Assembly: GCA_001600695.1 (NCBI GenBank)
Contig: BCKQ01000012.1
Location: forward strand, 398,643-451,166
Origin: Ascoidea asiatica JCM 7603
Lineage: Eukaryota > Fungi > Ascomycota
DNA: 52,524 bases
Direction of reading: 5' to 3'
Shown: positions 1 to 11,891 of the stretch, piece after piece
Layout: the number at the start of each line of letters is the position of its first letter
Numbering within the stretch: the stretch's first letter is position 1
Made by a program: the position numbers and the translations under genes
The notes under the pieces: model-generated
Seen by the model: the letters and a program-made list of their open reading frames with translations, nothing else
What the model was told of the DNA's origin: nothing
The model's database searches: none

Positions 1-1582
1 GGAAATGTTTTTTTTTTTTTTTTTTTTTTGGTTTGGGATTTGCGTTTATTTGGGACAGGCCTATTTGGGACAGGTCTATTTTGGATTAGGGCGGCCCTGG
101 TTTTCTGTTGGCAAAGAAGAATTTCAATTGAAACAAAGAGAATTTATTTGAATTGAAGAACTGAAATGAATTGAAATAAACTGAATTGAATTGAACTGAA
201 TTGATTTCCAGAGTTTCCATCAAATAAACACTGGATAAAACAAGCTTTTATTAAGTGATATTAATCCTAAGTTATATTTCTTAAATGTTTCGTATGGTTT
301 GGAGTTCATGATCATTTTTCATCTAAACAATTTGCTGATCTAGACTAATATTTAATTCAATAATCTGTTATTAACGTTACATAAAAGTTAAAGAAAATAG
401 ATGATCAAATTCTTCAATTCTTATTCGAATTAATTTAAAAATAAATCTCAACAATGAAATGTTTTTTTCTTTTTTTTTTTTTCTTGTTTTAGGTAGTTTA
501 TTCAATTTTCAATTGGGAAAGGAAATAATGAAGTAATTCAATTGAAATAATAGTTGTATAAAATTTCAATTTTAAAAAAAAAAGATACTCAATTAAATAA
601 TTATAAAATTCGAATTAAACTTATGAAGAAATAGTATTGCCAAGAAATGTATCCCACATGTGTCAACTTTAGTTTATAATTTTCATTCATTAAAACAAAA
701 TATTAATATTATTTCACCGGTAAATCAAAATATTGATAAATTATTAAATTATTAAATTATTAAATTATTAAATTATTCGCAAAAACTCTTGGCTTCGTAA
801 TTCAATTAAGCTTTTTTACAAAAGGCTTACTTCGTTAATAATCTATTCGATTAAAAGCCCGTTTCCATTAAAAACATTATTTAAAATACTCATAATTCAA
901 TTTAAAGTTCATTATTTATATAAATACGGTGATCAAATTTCTTTTTGATACAATTTATAGATTTTAAAATATTTTAAAATCCACTTTTCTTTTTGAAATT
1001 CATTTTAATTATTCAATTCAATAATAATTTAAAACGTTTGGAAGAAAATTTATTGATCATAATTAGATTATATGTAACATTGACAATTTTTATGTGGTCT
1101 AATTATTTATAACTTTTTTTTTTTTCTTTCAAAAAACCAACAAATTTTATATTCATATTCAAACTCATATTCAAAATTATATTCATATTTTAATTGATAC
1201 TCGAATTGAATACAACTCAATTCACTTCAATCCAAAGTCAATTAATTCAATTCATTCACCTATTATATTTCATTATGTTGAGTAATATTTGAATCAAATT
1301 ATTCAAATTCATATAAATATAAGAATAAATCATCTTTTTATTTCAATAATGATTTTAATTTTCTTCTTTTTTTTTTTAATTATTATCTATTATTATAACT
1401 TAATTAATAAATAAAATTAATTAATCAATATACAAAAAATATATTATTTTAAAAAATATATTTCTTTTCAGTCATTCCTTTAAGCTTTACATTTCTCTTC
1501 AATAAATTTAAATTAAATTGAAATTCAAAAAAAATTAAATTAAATAAAAAACTAAAATAAAATAAATTCAATTATCTTCAAA

Positions 1583-2692
1583 ATGCAATTCAAATTCGCT
1601 TCAATTACTGCTTTATTTACTGTATTATCTGCAGTTTTAGCTACTCCAGTTGGTTCTGATTTATCAAAACGTGCTTCATGTACTGTTACAACTTCCAATT
1701 TTTCTTCATTATCTTCAATTAAAAAATCATGTACTGATATTATTATTGATGCTGTTACTGTTCCAGCTGGTAAAACTTTAGATTTGACTGGTTTAACAAC
1801 TGGTACTACTGTTACTTTTGAAGGTGCAACAACTTTTGAATATAAAGCATGGACTGGTCCATTAATGTCATTTTCTGGTTCCGGAATTACAGTTACTGGT
1901 GCTTCTGGTCATTCAATTGATGGTAATGGTGCTAAATATTGGGATGGTAAAGGAGGAAATGGTGGTATTAAAAAACCAAAATTTGTTTATTTACATTCTG
2001 TTAAAAGTAATTCAAAAGTTTCTGGTTTAAATATTAAAAATACTCCAGTTCAATGTTTTTCAATTAATTCTTCATCTGATTTAACTGTTGATAGTATTAC
2101 AATTGATAATTCTGCTGGTTCATCTTTAGGTCATAATACTGATGCTTTTGATGTTGGATCTTCATCTAATATTCATATTACTAATTCAGTTATTACTAAT
2201 CAAGATGATTGTTTAGCAGTTAATTCTGGTACTGATATTTATTTCTCTGGTAATACATGTTCTGGTGGTCATGGTATTTCAATTGGTTCAGTTGGTGGTA
2301 GAAGTGATAATGTTGTTAAAGATGTTTATGTTTCTGATTGTACTATTAAAGATTCAGATAATGGTGTTAGAATTAAAACTGTTTATGGTGCAACTGGTAG
2401 TGTTACTGGTGTTTCATATAAAGATATTACTTTAAGTGGAATTGCTAAATATGGTATTGTTATTGAAGGTGATTATGAAAATGGTTCTCCAACTGGTACT
2501 GCAACTTCTGGTGTTCCAATTACTGATTTAACTATTGAAAATGTTACTGGTTCAGTTGACAGTAGTGCACAACCAATTTATATATTAGTTAAAGGTGCTT
2601 CTGATTGGACTTGGTCTGGTGTTTCTATTACTGGTGGTAAAACTAAAAAGACATGTTCTGGTATTCCATCTGGTTCAGCAGCTTCTTGTTAA
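1583..2692 (+). CDS. PGU1: Secreted endo-polygalacturonase (GH28)
   Basis: Signal peptide and Kex2 KR site. GH28 catalytic motifs NTD, QDD, GHG and RIK are all present, and the N-terminus (TVPAGKTLDLTGL..GTTVTFEG) matches yeast and fungal endoPGs. Confidence 0.97.
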   Translation: MQFKFASITALFTVLSAVLATPVGSDLSKRASCTVTTSNFSSLSSIKKSCTDIIIDAVTVPAGKTLDLTGLTTGTTVTFEGATTFEYKAWTGPLMSFSGSGITVTGASGHSIDGNGAKYWDGKGGNGGIKKPKFVYLHSVKSNSKVSGLNIKNTPVQCFSINSSSDLTVDSITIDNSAGSSLGHNTDAFDVGSSSNIHITNSVITNQDDCLAVNSGTDIYFSGNTCSGGHGISIGSVGGRSDNVVKDVYVSDCTIKDSDNGVRIKTVYGATGSVTGVSYKDITLSGIAKYGIVIEGDYENGSPTGTATSGVPITDLTIENVTGSVDSSAQPIYILVKGASDWTWSGVSITGGKTKKTCSGIPSGSAASC

Positions 2693-3411
2693 GTTAATTT
2701 CTATTCTAATATAAGAAAAATGGATTAACTAGTAACCTGAAAAAAAAAAAAAAAGATAATATTTAGCATAATATATTCTTTTATATATTAACTTTACTTT
2801 AATTTTATTTTTAATTCAATTTCATTTATAATTTAATCAACTCCATTTATTTTCATTTAATAAATTTCTTATTTTTACTATTTTTTTTTTATTTCCTGAA
2901 GTAAATTTGTAAACTCTTCTATCAATCTTATAAACATCGATAAAGTAGAAAATAAATCCGTTAGTTTTACTTGTTTTTTTTAGGTTTTACTTCAATAATA
3001 ATTATTTAAGTTAAACTATTCTTCAAAAGAAAAAGTATTTTGAAAAGCTTGGCAAATTTTCATATAAAAGTGAATTTTATTTAAAGGGTCCAAAAATTCT
3101 GAATATTTTTTCTTGGCTAAATTTTATACATGTAATGGTGAATATGGAAACCCATAAAACTGGTCTCGATTCATTTACAATGGCTGAAATTATATAATTT
3201 CATTTAATTTCATTTAATTTCATTTAATTTCATTTAATTTCATTTAAATAATTTTTATTTAAATAAATTAGAAATAATTTATAAATAATGAAAGCACTAT
3301 TTTATTAAATTAAATATTAAAGAATATATAGATATATGTTTTTAAGTTTTTAAGTTTTCATAATAAAAATAATTGATGAAAATAAGAGAAAAAATGATTT
3401 TATGCTTTGTT

Positions 3412-4791
3412 CTAGTCAAATTTATGATAGTCTGAATTTATATTTACTGTATCAGTGATAATTTCCAAAAAAGCATGGACACTTTGTCTTTTTGTAGAAT
3501 CATAGGGTTCACAAATGTCACATAATTTATCTAAAGGAAAAGATGAAATACAATTAACTATATTTGCTTTTTTAAATTCATTTAAATCAGATAAGTTCAT
3601 TATTAATTTTGGTTTAATAATAAAAAGACAATTATGATCAATGCATTTTATATTATGATTATAAATTATAACTTTCATAATAGATGAAGGTAAATTATTT
3701 AATTTTTCAAAAGGATTATTTGATAAATTAATTTTTTTTAAATTAGTAAACATTTGAAGAAAATTTGGTAATTTAATAATTTGATTTTTTTCTATATTTA
3801 AAATATTTAAAGTATTAATCATTGGAGATGATTGTAAAAAATTTAAATTTGATAAATAACAATCACCTAAATTAAGTGATTTTAAATTTTTCATATTATT
3901 AAAAGTATTATTTCTTATTGTTTGAATAAAATTTTCATTAATAAAAAATATTTTTAAAAATTTTAAATTTTCTATATTCTCAATTTTTTCAATTAAATTA
4001 TTTGAAAATTTTAAAGTTGTTAAATTTTTTAATTTTAAAAAAAAATTTGGAATATATTGAATATAATTATCACTTAAATCTAAAGTTTTTAAATCTAAAA
4101 AATTTGATAAATAATTTAATTTTTCAGTTTTTAAATAATCATTTCTTAAAAATAAAGATTTTACATTTGAAAAAGATTTAAGTAAAGTATAATTAAAATT
4201 ATACATATCTAATAAAAGATATGATAAAGATAAATATGAAAGTTTTGAGATAATTTTTTGATTAGTTGATAAAATTTTATTTAAAAGTTTAATATTTTCT
4301 GAATGTTGAAAAAAAATTATTAAAAATTTTAAATTTTTTAATTTATTTAAATTATTTAAATGATTTGAAATTTTAATTGAAAAATCTATTGAATCTTTAT
4401 ATATATCATTATATGGATAAAAAATAATTTGTAAAAAATTAATATTATTAAAATATTTTGATTGAGTAAGAATTTTATTTATAATAGAATCTCTAAAATT
4501 TAAAATTAATGGAGTAATATTTAATTCAACATCATCTTTTAAATTTAAAGATTGTTTATAACTTAAATTAAACCATTGATATAAAGATTTAGTTGTCATA
4601 GAATTAATCCATTCATTATTTATATTTCGATCTTTACAATATATAATAATGTTACTATAAACAATTTTTTTTGTAATTTCATTTATAATATTATTATTTG
4701 ACATTGATAATAAAAAAGATTTTGGTAAAGGAATATATTTAATAATTTCTTCAATAATTTCAAAAGGAAGTTCTTTTGAATTTAAAATCAT
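3412..4791 (-). CDS. F-box-like plus leucine-rich-repeat protein
   Basis: N-terminal LPFEIIEEIIKYI resembles an F-box start. C-terminal SDS22-like LRRs include LKTLDLSDNYIQYI, LTTLKFSNNLIEKI, LKSLNLGDCYL and LKKINLSNNPF. Confidence 0.8.
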   Translation of the reverse strand: MILNSKELPFEIIEEIIKYIPLPKSFLLSMSNNNIINEITKKIVYSNIIIYCKDRNINNEWINSMTTKSLYQWFNLSYKQSLNLKDDVELNITPLILNFRDSIINKILTQSKYFNNINFLQIIFYPYNDIYKDSIDFSIKISNHLNNLNKLKNLKFLIIFFQHSENIKLLNKILSTNQKIISKLSYLSLSYLLLDMYNFNYTLLKSFSNVKSLFLRNDYLKTEKLNYLSNFLDLKTLDLSDNYIQYIPNFFLKLKNLTTLKFSNNLIEKIENIENLKFLKIFFINENFIQTIRNNTFNNMKNLKSLNLGDCYLSNLNFLQSSPMINTLNILNIEKNQIIKLPNFLQMFTNLKKINLSNNPFEKLNNLPSSIMKVIIYNHNIKCIDHNCLFIIKPKLIMNLSDLNEFKKANIVNCISSFPLDKLCDICEPYDSTKRQSVHAFLEIITDTVNINSDYHKFD

Positions 4792-5545
4792 TTTTATAAA
4801 ACTTATTTTATAAAATTATAGGAAAGCCAATATAATTATTATTTTTAATATTTTTTATATAAGAAAAACAAAAAAAAAAAAATTAAAATGAAATACACCT
4901 TAATTGTGAATAATGTATATGAAAAAGAAATAAAGTAAAATTAAATAATCCATGATATTAAATAATAATTTATATGATTTATAAACTTTTAAATAAAATT
5001 TTTCAAATAAAAATATGAAAATTTAAAACTGGTTTTGTGGTTGAGGCAAAAAGAAAGAGTAAAATAAAGAAAGAAGAGGAAGATTTCATTTAACCGGTGA
5101 GATACAAACAACATCTTGAAACAAAACAAAACAAAAGAACTAAGCACAAAGTACCAAGAATTGATGATTGAAAGAGTTGAGTTTGATTGATTACCTTTAT
5201 GTGGTTAGTGTTTGTGAGATAAATAAGTAAATAGGTTAATAAATAAACAAACATTAAAAAAATGGGATATAATAGACGGAAAATGTAGAAAGAGAAAAAA
5301 ATAAAAACCATGCTCAGGATTGGAGTATTTTGTTTCCGGATTACAGCGGATATTTGTAAAACCAAAACAGTGGGTCTAATGTATAGCAGTGTGTATTGAC
5401 TTTAGTTGATGTACTTATTGCATGGACCACTGGTACGGATCTTAAGATTTTTAAATTTCTAAATTGATTTTGATTGAATGAAATGAGCGAAAGAAATATA
5501 ATGAATATATTGAATATAATATATTGAATATAATATAATAAATAT

Positions 5546-5604
5546 AATAGATATAGATAGATATAGATAGATATAGATAGATATAGATAGATATAGATAG
5601 ATAT
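5546..5604. repeat. (ATAGATATAG)n microsatellite upstream of the 5650 ORF
   Basis: Tandem ATAG/ATATAG units read directly. Confidence 0.9.
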
Positions 5605-5649
5605 AAAAGAAGAGAAGAGAAGAGAAGAAGTAATTGAATAGATTTAATA

Positions 5650-7077
5650 ATGTTGAGATTGAAACCAATTTCTAGTGGTATTGGTAATAGATTAATAAAT
5701 TCATCAATTTTATTGAATTCAAAATATTTTAATATTAGAAATTTAAGTAATTCAAAATCAATTAATTTCAATAATATTTATAATAGTTTCAATAATTTAA
5801 GTAAATTTAATAAAAATTATAATCAAAAAGATATTAGAATAGTTAATTTATTAAAATTTCAAAGATTTAATTCTAAATTATCTAAAAATGAAGTAAATAG
5901 AGAAGAAGTAAATGAGAATGAAAAATTTGAAATTTTAGTTAATGAATTAAATGAAAGAGATTTAAAATTAGATTTAAATAATGATAATGAGATTAATAAA
6001 TTTAAAGAAGATAATTTTAAAATGATAAAGAAATTAAATGATGAAATTAATTTAAATTTAAAAAATAAAAATAAAGTTAATAATTTAAATAAATTAATTA
6101 TAAAATTAATAAATTTTAAAAATTTTAAAATTGATTTAAATTATTTAAAAAAATTAATAAAATTAAATAATAATTTAATTAATTTAAATAATTTAAATTT
6201 TGAAATAAATTTAATAATTATTGAAAATTCAATAAAAAATTATCAAAAAAATAATAATAATAATAATAATAAAGAAATAATTCCAGAAAAATTAATTTTA
6301 GAAATTATAAGATATTTAACATTTGAAAATAAATTTAAAGAAATTTTAAAAATTATAAATTTAATATGTTTAAAAGATTTAAATTATATAAAATTTTTTA
6401 AAAAAAAATTAATTAAAAATTCAATTTCAATTTCAATTTTTTCAATTTCATTTATAATTTTTATTGAAATTTTTTTAAGATATTTTTTTTTAAAAAATAA
6501 TGAAATTTCAATAAATTTAATAAATAATTTAATTTTAATGATTTTACCATATTTTTTAAATATTTTAATATTATTAATAATTATTAATATTAATAAAAAT
6601 TTTTCAAATAATTTTATAAATAAATTTTTAAAATTTAAAGATGGAATTTTTTTAAAATATTGGTATTTACATAAAAATGAATTAAAATTTTATAATAAAA
6701 TTATTGAAAATAATAAATTTATAAATTTTAAAGATTATAAATTTAAAACAAATTTACCAAATAAAGAAATTTTAAATTATCTTAATTTTAAAAAAAATTT
6801 AATTTTATTAGATGATGAAAATGAATTATTATTACAAGAATATTGGTTAAAAAAGGGAGAAAATTTTGAATGGATTGAACCAGATCAAGATCCAGGAGAA
6901 ATTTTATGGGAAAATTATTTAATTTTTAAAAAATTAATAAATTTAAAAGAAAATGAAAATGAAAATGAAAATGAAAAATTGAAATTAAATTTAAATAATA
7001 TTAAATGGAATAAAAATTTATTAATTAATGATAAAAAAAGATCAAGTATTAATGATTCTTGGGAAATTGAAAGATAA
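5650..7077 (+). CDS. Uncharacterised, probably mitochondrial membrane protein
   Basis: 475-aa ORF with a basic, Ser-rich, acid-free N-terminus (presequence-like), two hydrophobic segments and a high-complexity C-terminal block YWLKKGENFEWIEPDQDPGEILW. Confidence 0.7.
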   Translation: MLRLKPISSGIGNRLINSSILLNSKYFNIRNLSNSKSINFNNIYNSFNNLSKFNKNYNQKDIRIVNLLKFQRFNSKLSKNEVNREEVNENEKFEILVNELNERDLKLDLNNDNEINKFKEDNFKMIKKLNDEINLNLKNKNKVNNLNKLIIKLINFKNFKIDLNYLKKLIKLNNNLINLNNLNFEINLIIIENSIKNYQKNNNNNNNKEIIPEKLILEIIRYLTFENKFKEILKIINLICLKDLNYIKFFKKKLIKNSISISIFSISFIIFIEIFLRYFFLKNNEISINLINNLILMILPYFLNILILLIIININKNFSNNFINKFLKFKDGIFLKYWYLHKNELKFYNKIIENNKFINFKDYKFKTNLPNKEILNYLNFKKNLILLDDENELLLQEYWLKKGENFEWIEPDQDPGEILWENYLIFKKLINLKENENENENEKLKLNLNNIKWNKNLLINDKKRSSINDSWEIER

Positions 7078-8474
7078 AATTAGTTAATGAAGACTTATTC
7101 ATATATTATATATTTGATTTATATAATATTCAATTTATATTCATGTAAATAAACATTATTAAATATACAAATATTATAGAAAATAAAGGTTTAATACAGT
7201 ATAATAGATACGTATATAATATATGAATATATGAATATATGAATATAATGGATATTACGTAATCCGAACGGGAACTTCAGGAACCGAATTGGGATACCAA
7301 TAACAGTGATAACAGTGATAACAGTGTTCAATAACAGTGTTACTTACTTTGATAACCTCGGATGCGAGAAGTGGAAAGTCACGTGGACACCGCAACAACC
7401 ATTATAGTAACAAGTATTATAGTAAGTATTATAGTAAGTATTATAGTAATTTAAGCACGGCAAGAGAGGTCAATTCTAGGCTCATTTGTCCCGGGGGCGA
7501 GTGAAGGGCACTGAAAGCGCAATGAAAGCGCAATGAAAGCAGAATAAACTGAGGTGGTAGTAATAGTGGTGGTAGTAATAGCAGTGGTAGTACTGAGGTG
7601 GTGGAAGCAGTGAACGACGTTGGATTTGTGCTCCAAATTCCAGATTTCATTTGCCCTTTTTGGCGTAAGCGTTAAGAACCGAACAAAGAGAAGTAAGAAG
7701 TAAGTAAGTAAGTAACTGAGTAACTGAGGTGAGTAAGCGAGTGATCATCACCACTCAAACTCGACTCGACTCGACTCGAATCATTTTCATTTCATTTCAT
7801 TCAGTTCATTCAGTTCATTTCTACTCAATTTACTTCCTCTTCATACAATTACTCAATTACTCAAATATTCAATTATTTAAGTCAATTAATTCTATTTCTT
7901 TAAATCTTTTATTTCTCTTTTGCTTATTTCCAATTTCCTCACTTGAAACTTTTTATTGGACTTATTTTAAACTAAAATATTACTTTAAATATTACATTAA
8001 ATAATACATTATAGACTAATTCTAAATCAACGAATAAAACAAGAATTAAAATTAGTACTTAAATCAAGACTTAAATCAAGATTTAAACCAGGACTGAGTA
8101 TATCTTAATCTCAATATCCATTTAAATATCCATTTAAATATCCATTTTAATATTCAAAATATCCATCTCTTAGCTATCCAATTATCGCATCTCAATATTA
8201 TTATTAATATTATATTATTATTATTATCTATCGTTAATTTGTTATTTAATATTTCATAAATATTTATCAATTATCATCCATCTAATAATCTAATAATCTA
8301 ATAATCTAATAATCTAATTCAATCATCTTATATATTATATCATATATACAATATATATATTATATATATTATATATATTATATCAGATACATTTCATTCA
8401 TTATTTCCCCTTTATCTATTATCATATATTTAATCAATCAATTAATACTTTAATACTTCTCTTAATTAATCAAT

Positions 8475-11400
8475 ATGTCAACAATTGATAATCATAATAA
8501 TAATAATATTAATAACATTCATAATCATCATAAATTCTCAAATTCAACTGAAATAACTCCAACTAATTCATCAGTAATTTTAACAATTGAAAATTTATAT
8601 AATAATAATAACATCAATAATATTAATGATAATACCAATGACAATGACAATGATAATACCAATGACAATAACAATAACAATGACAATGACAATGACAATG
8701 ATAGTATAAATAATGAAATAAACAACAACAATAACAACAATGATGATGATGATCAAAAAGATATAAGTCCAGAAGAAATTAAAAAAATTTTAAGAAAATT
8801 TAATTCAATTGATTTTGAACATGAAATTCATCAAGATTTTAATGATAATATAAATATTACAACTAATACAAATAATAATAACATTAATAACATTAATAAT
8901 AATAATAATGATAATAATGATAATAATGATAATAAATTAACCGCCAATGAAAATATCTTTACCGCCGATACTACAAATAACAATAACAATAACAATAATG
9001 AAAATGAAAATTTAACCGCCAACATTACTAATATAAATGAAAAAAAATTAAAAAAAAAAATTTCAAAAATAAAATTTAATAATCAAGATGATGCTGAATT
9101 AGCTGAAGAAGAAATTCAAAATTTAATTAATTTAAAAAAAAAAAATTTAAATTATAAAATTACTTTAAATTATGAAACTGCTTCTCATCCTGGTAATATT
9201 TTTATAAAAAATTTACCTTTAAATTTTAATAAAATTCAATTATATAATCTTTGTAAAAAATTTGGTTCAATATTATCTTGTAAAATTATGCAAGATAATA
9301 ATGGTATTTCAAAAAAATTTGGTTTTATAAATTTTTCTTCTGGTAAAGCTGCAAAAGATTGTATTTTAAATTTAAATAATTTAATTTTAGATCAAAATTT
9401 TCCAAATGATAAATTATATTTAAATCATCATATTTCAAAAAAAGAAAGATTAAATAAATATGAAATTGAGAAAAAAAATTTTAAAAATTTATATATTAAA
9501 AATTTACCAAATAATATTAATCAAGATTTTATTTTAAATATTTTTGAAAAATATGGTACAATAAAATCTGCTTTTTTTCCAACTATTGATCAAAATGATG
9601 ATTATCATCTTGATCATTTTATTAATCATTCAACACATTATTCTTTAAAAAATTTAAATAAAGAAAATGTAAATATCAATCAAAATAATTTCAATCAAGA
9701 TAATAATAAAGATAATAATAATAAAGAAATGAGTGAAGATAAAAAAATTGAAAATATTGAAAGTAATGAAAAAATTGAAGAAAATTCTATTAATGGTAAT
9801 AACAATGATAATGACAACAACAATGACAACAACAATGACAACAACAATGACAACAACAATGACAACAACAATGACAACAACAATGACAACGATGATGATA
9901 GTAAATTTTTAAAAGGTTTTGGTTTTATAAAATTCGAAAATCATGAAGATGCTTTAAAAGCTTTAAATGATTTAAATGGTAAAGAAATTAATAATTCAAT
10001 AATTTCTGTTTCAAGAGCTCAAAGTCGTGATGAAAGAAATTCAAGATCTTCAAATAATTCTTCAATAATTATTAATGATAATTTTGATTATCCATTAAAT
10101 TTACCTTATATTCAACAAAATCAACAAATGTTATTAAATCCAAATAATTATCAAAATAATTATCAAAATTTTAATCCAATTCAAAATAATTCAATTACTC
10201 CAATTACTCCAATTACTCCAATAACTCCAATAACTCCAATTACTCCAATAAATAATATAAATAATATAAATAATATAAATTCTTCAAATAATTCTTTACC
10301 TTCAATAAGTCCAATAACTCCAATTAATCAAAATTTTAATCAAAATTATAATTCAAATTTTATTCCAAATTTTAATCAAAATTTTAATCAAAATTTTAAT
10401 CAAAATTTTAATCAAAATTATAATCCAAATTTTAATTCAAATTTTAATTCAAATTTAAATGGTGGAAATTTTAATCAAAATTATAATCAAAATATTCAAT
10501 CAAATAGAAGATTTAGTAATTCAAGACATTCAATATCTTCATCTCCAAATCATATTCCTGTTGAATCTCAATTTCAATTAGAAAATCTTTATGTTAAAAA
10601 TTTACCTTTAAATATTGATGATAAAAGATTAAAAGATTTATTTATACCTTTTGGAGAAATAGTTTCTGCAAAAATTATGACTGAAGATAATGGTACAAGT
10701 AAAGGTTTTGGTTTTGTTTGTTTTAAAAGTAAAAATGATGCAAAATCTGCTTTATTTTCTATGAATGAATCAAAAGTTGATAATTCTTCAATTCATGTTT
10801 CTTATTCTTATCGTAGAAAATCAAATAGTAAAAATAGTATTGATAATAGAATGTCAAGACGTGATAGTATTAATAGTGTTTCAAGTATAATATTAGGTCC
10901 TCCTTTACCAAATTTTTTTTCAACACCTGTTAATCCAATGTATTATTATCCTTTTAATAATCCTGTAAATCCTGTAAATTTTTTAAATCCAGGAAATTTA
11001 GGAATACCTTCTCAAAATATTTATTCAAATATAAATGAAAATGCTCTTGAAATTAAATCAAGATCTACATCTCCAGAAACTATTGATAAAGAAGAAACTT
11101 TAGATTTATCAGATCCTCCAGAAATACCTTCATTTCCATCTCCTCCTTTACCTTTTGTTTCAATGATACCTCAAATTCCACCTCCTGGTTCAATTCCAAA
11201 TATGTATCCAAGACAATTTCAACCTCAAAATCAATTACCTATGGGAATGCAATATCCTTATCAATTTCCACCACCACCTCCTCCTCCATTAGGTTTACCT
11301 ATACAAAATTCCAATAATAGATTTCGTGGTAATCATAGTTTTCAAACTAGAAGACAAAGTAATAATATTCCAAATCCTTCATCTAATATGAATCAAAATA

Positions 11401-11891
11401 ATTTAAGAAGAAGAAGTTATGATATTAATTATATGAATGGAGGAATGCAATATCAACAACCTCAAAGATTTGGAAATCCTAATTATAATTATAATCCAAA
11501 TTATAATTATAACTATCAAATCAATTTCCAAGAGTTATTTAATTCTATTTCCAATTCAGATAACTCTACTTCTAGAACAGAAGCAATTCTTGGAGCAATT
11601 AATTCTTTTTTTCTTCAATTATTGACTTTAGTTGGAATTGAAACTCGTAGATATCCTGAAACTTTTATAAGAGAAAATTTAATTGATTTTTTAAATGAAT
11701 TAAGACGAGATATTGGACATTCTACATCTCATTCCAATTATAATAATGATGATAAAGAAGAAGATGAAGAAGAAAGAGCTGATAATCAAGAGAAAGAGGT
11801 TGATATAACCATAATTAATGATTGGAAAAATAACCCAGATTTATTACGATCTCAGCTCAATGGTTTAATTTCAAGAAATTTTTCCTCTTGA
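8475..11891 (+). CDS. Multi-RRM RNA-binding protein, Pes4/Mip6-like, with Asn-rich expansions
   Basis: Three RNP2/RNP1 pairs: NIFIKNLP/KFGFINF, NLYIKNLP/KGFGFIKF and NLYVKNLP/KGFGFVCF. No clear MLLE domain, so not canonical Pab1. Confidence 0.8.
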   Translation: MSTIDNHNNNNINNIHNHHKFSNSTEITPTNSSVILTIENLYNNNNINNINDNTNDNDNDNTNDNNNNNDNDNDNDSINNEINNNNNNNDDDDQKDISPEEIKKILRKFNSIDFEHEIHQDFNDNINITTNTNNNNINNINNNNNDNNDNNDNKLTANENIFTADTTNNNNNNNNENENLTANITNINEKKLKKKISKIKFNNQDDAELAEEEIQNLINLKKKNLNYKITLNYETASHPGNIFIKNLPLNFNKIQLYNLCKKFGSILSCKIMQDNNGISKKFGFINFSSGKAAKDCILNLNNLILDQNFPNDKLYLNHHISKKERLNKYEIEKKNFKNLYIKNLPNNINQDFILNIFEKYGTIKSAFFPTIDQNDDYHLDHFINHSTHYSLKNLNKENVNINQNNFNQDNNKDNNNKEMSEDKKIENIESNEKIEENSINGNNNDNDNNNDNNNDNNNDNNNDNNNDNNNDNDDDSKFLKGFGFIKFENHEDALKALNDLNGKEINNSIISVSRAQSRDERNSRSSNNSSIIINDNFDYPLNLPYIQQNQQMLLNPNNYQNNYQNFNPIQNNSITPITPITPITPITPITPINNINNINNINSSNNSLPSISPITPINQNFNQNYNSNFIPNFNQNFNQNFNQNFNQNYNPNFNSNFNSNLNGGNFNQNYNQNIQSNRRFSNSRHSISSSPNHIPVESQFQLENLYVKNLPLNIDDKRLKDLFIPFGEIVSAKIMTEDNGTSKGFGFVCFKSKNDAKSALFSMNESKVDNSSIHVSYSYRRKSNSKNSIDNRMSRRDSINSVSSIILGPPLPNFFSTPVNPMYYYPFNNPVNPVNFLNPGNLGIPSQNIYSNINENALEIKSRSTSPETIDKEETLDLSDPPEIPSFPSPPLPFVSMIPQIPPPGSIPNMYPRQFQPQNQLPMGMQYPYQFPPPPPPPLGLPIQNSNNRFRGNHSFQTRRQSNNIPNPSSNMNQNNLRRRSYDINYMNGGMQYQQPQRFGNPNYNYNPNYNYNYQINFQELFNSISNSDNSTSRTEAILGAINSFFLQLLTLVGIETRRYPETFIRENLIDFLNELRRDIGHSTSHSNYNNDDKEEDEEERADNQEKEVDITIINDWKNNPDLLRSQLNGLISRNFSS

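Noticed and set aside
46-85. Short direct repeats (TATTTGGGACAGG) as a CRISPR or telomeric array
   Set aside because: Only two full copies, no spacers, eukaryotic context; similar slippage duplications occur throughout the window.
7690-7740. GTAAGT repeats as a 5'UTR intron donor
   Set aside because: Part of a simple tandem repeat, with no convincing branch point and acceptor downstream.
8528-9889. Leu/Ser-rich antisense ORFs
   Set aside because: Mirror frames of Asn/Asp codon repeats in the RRM gene.
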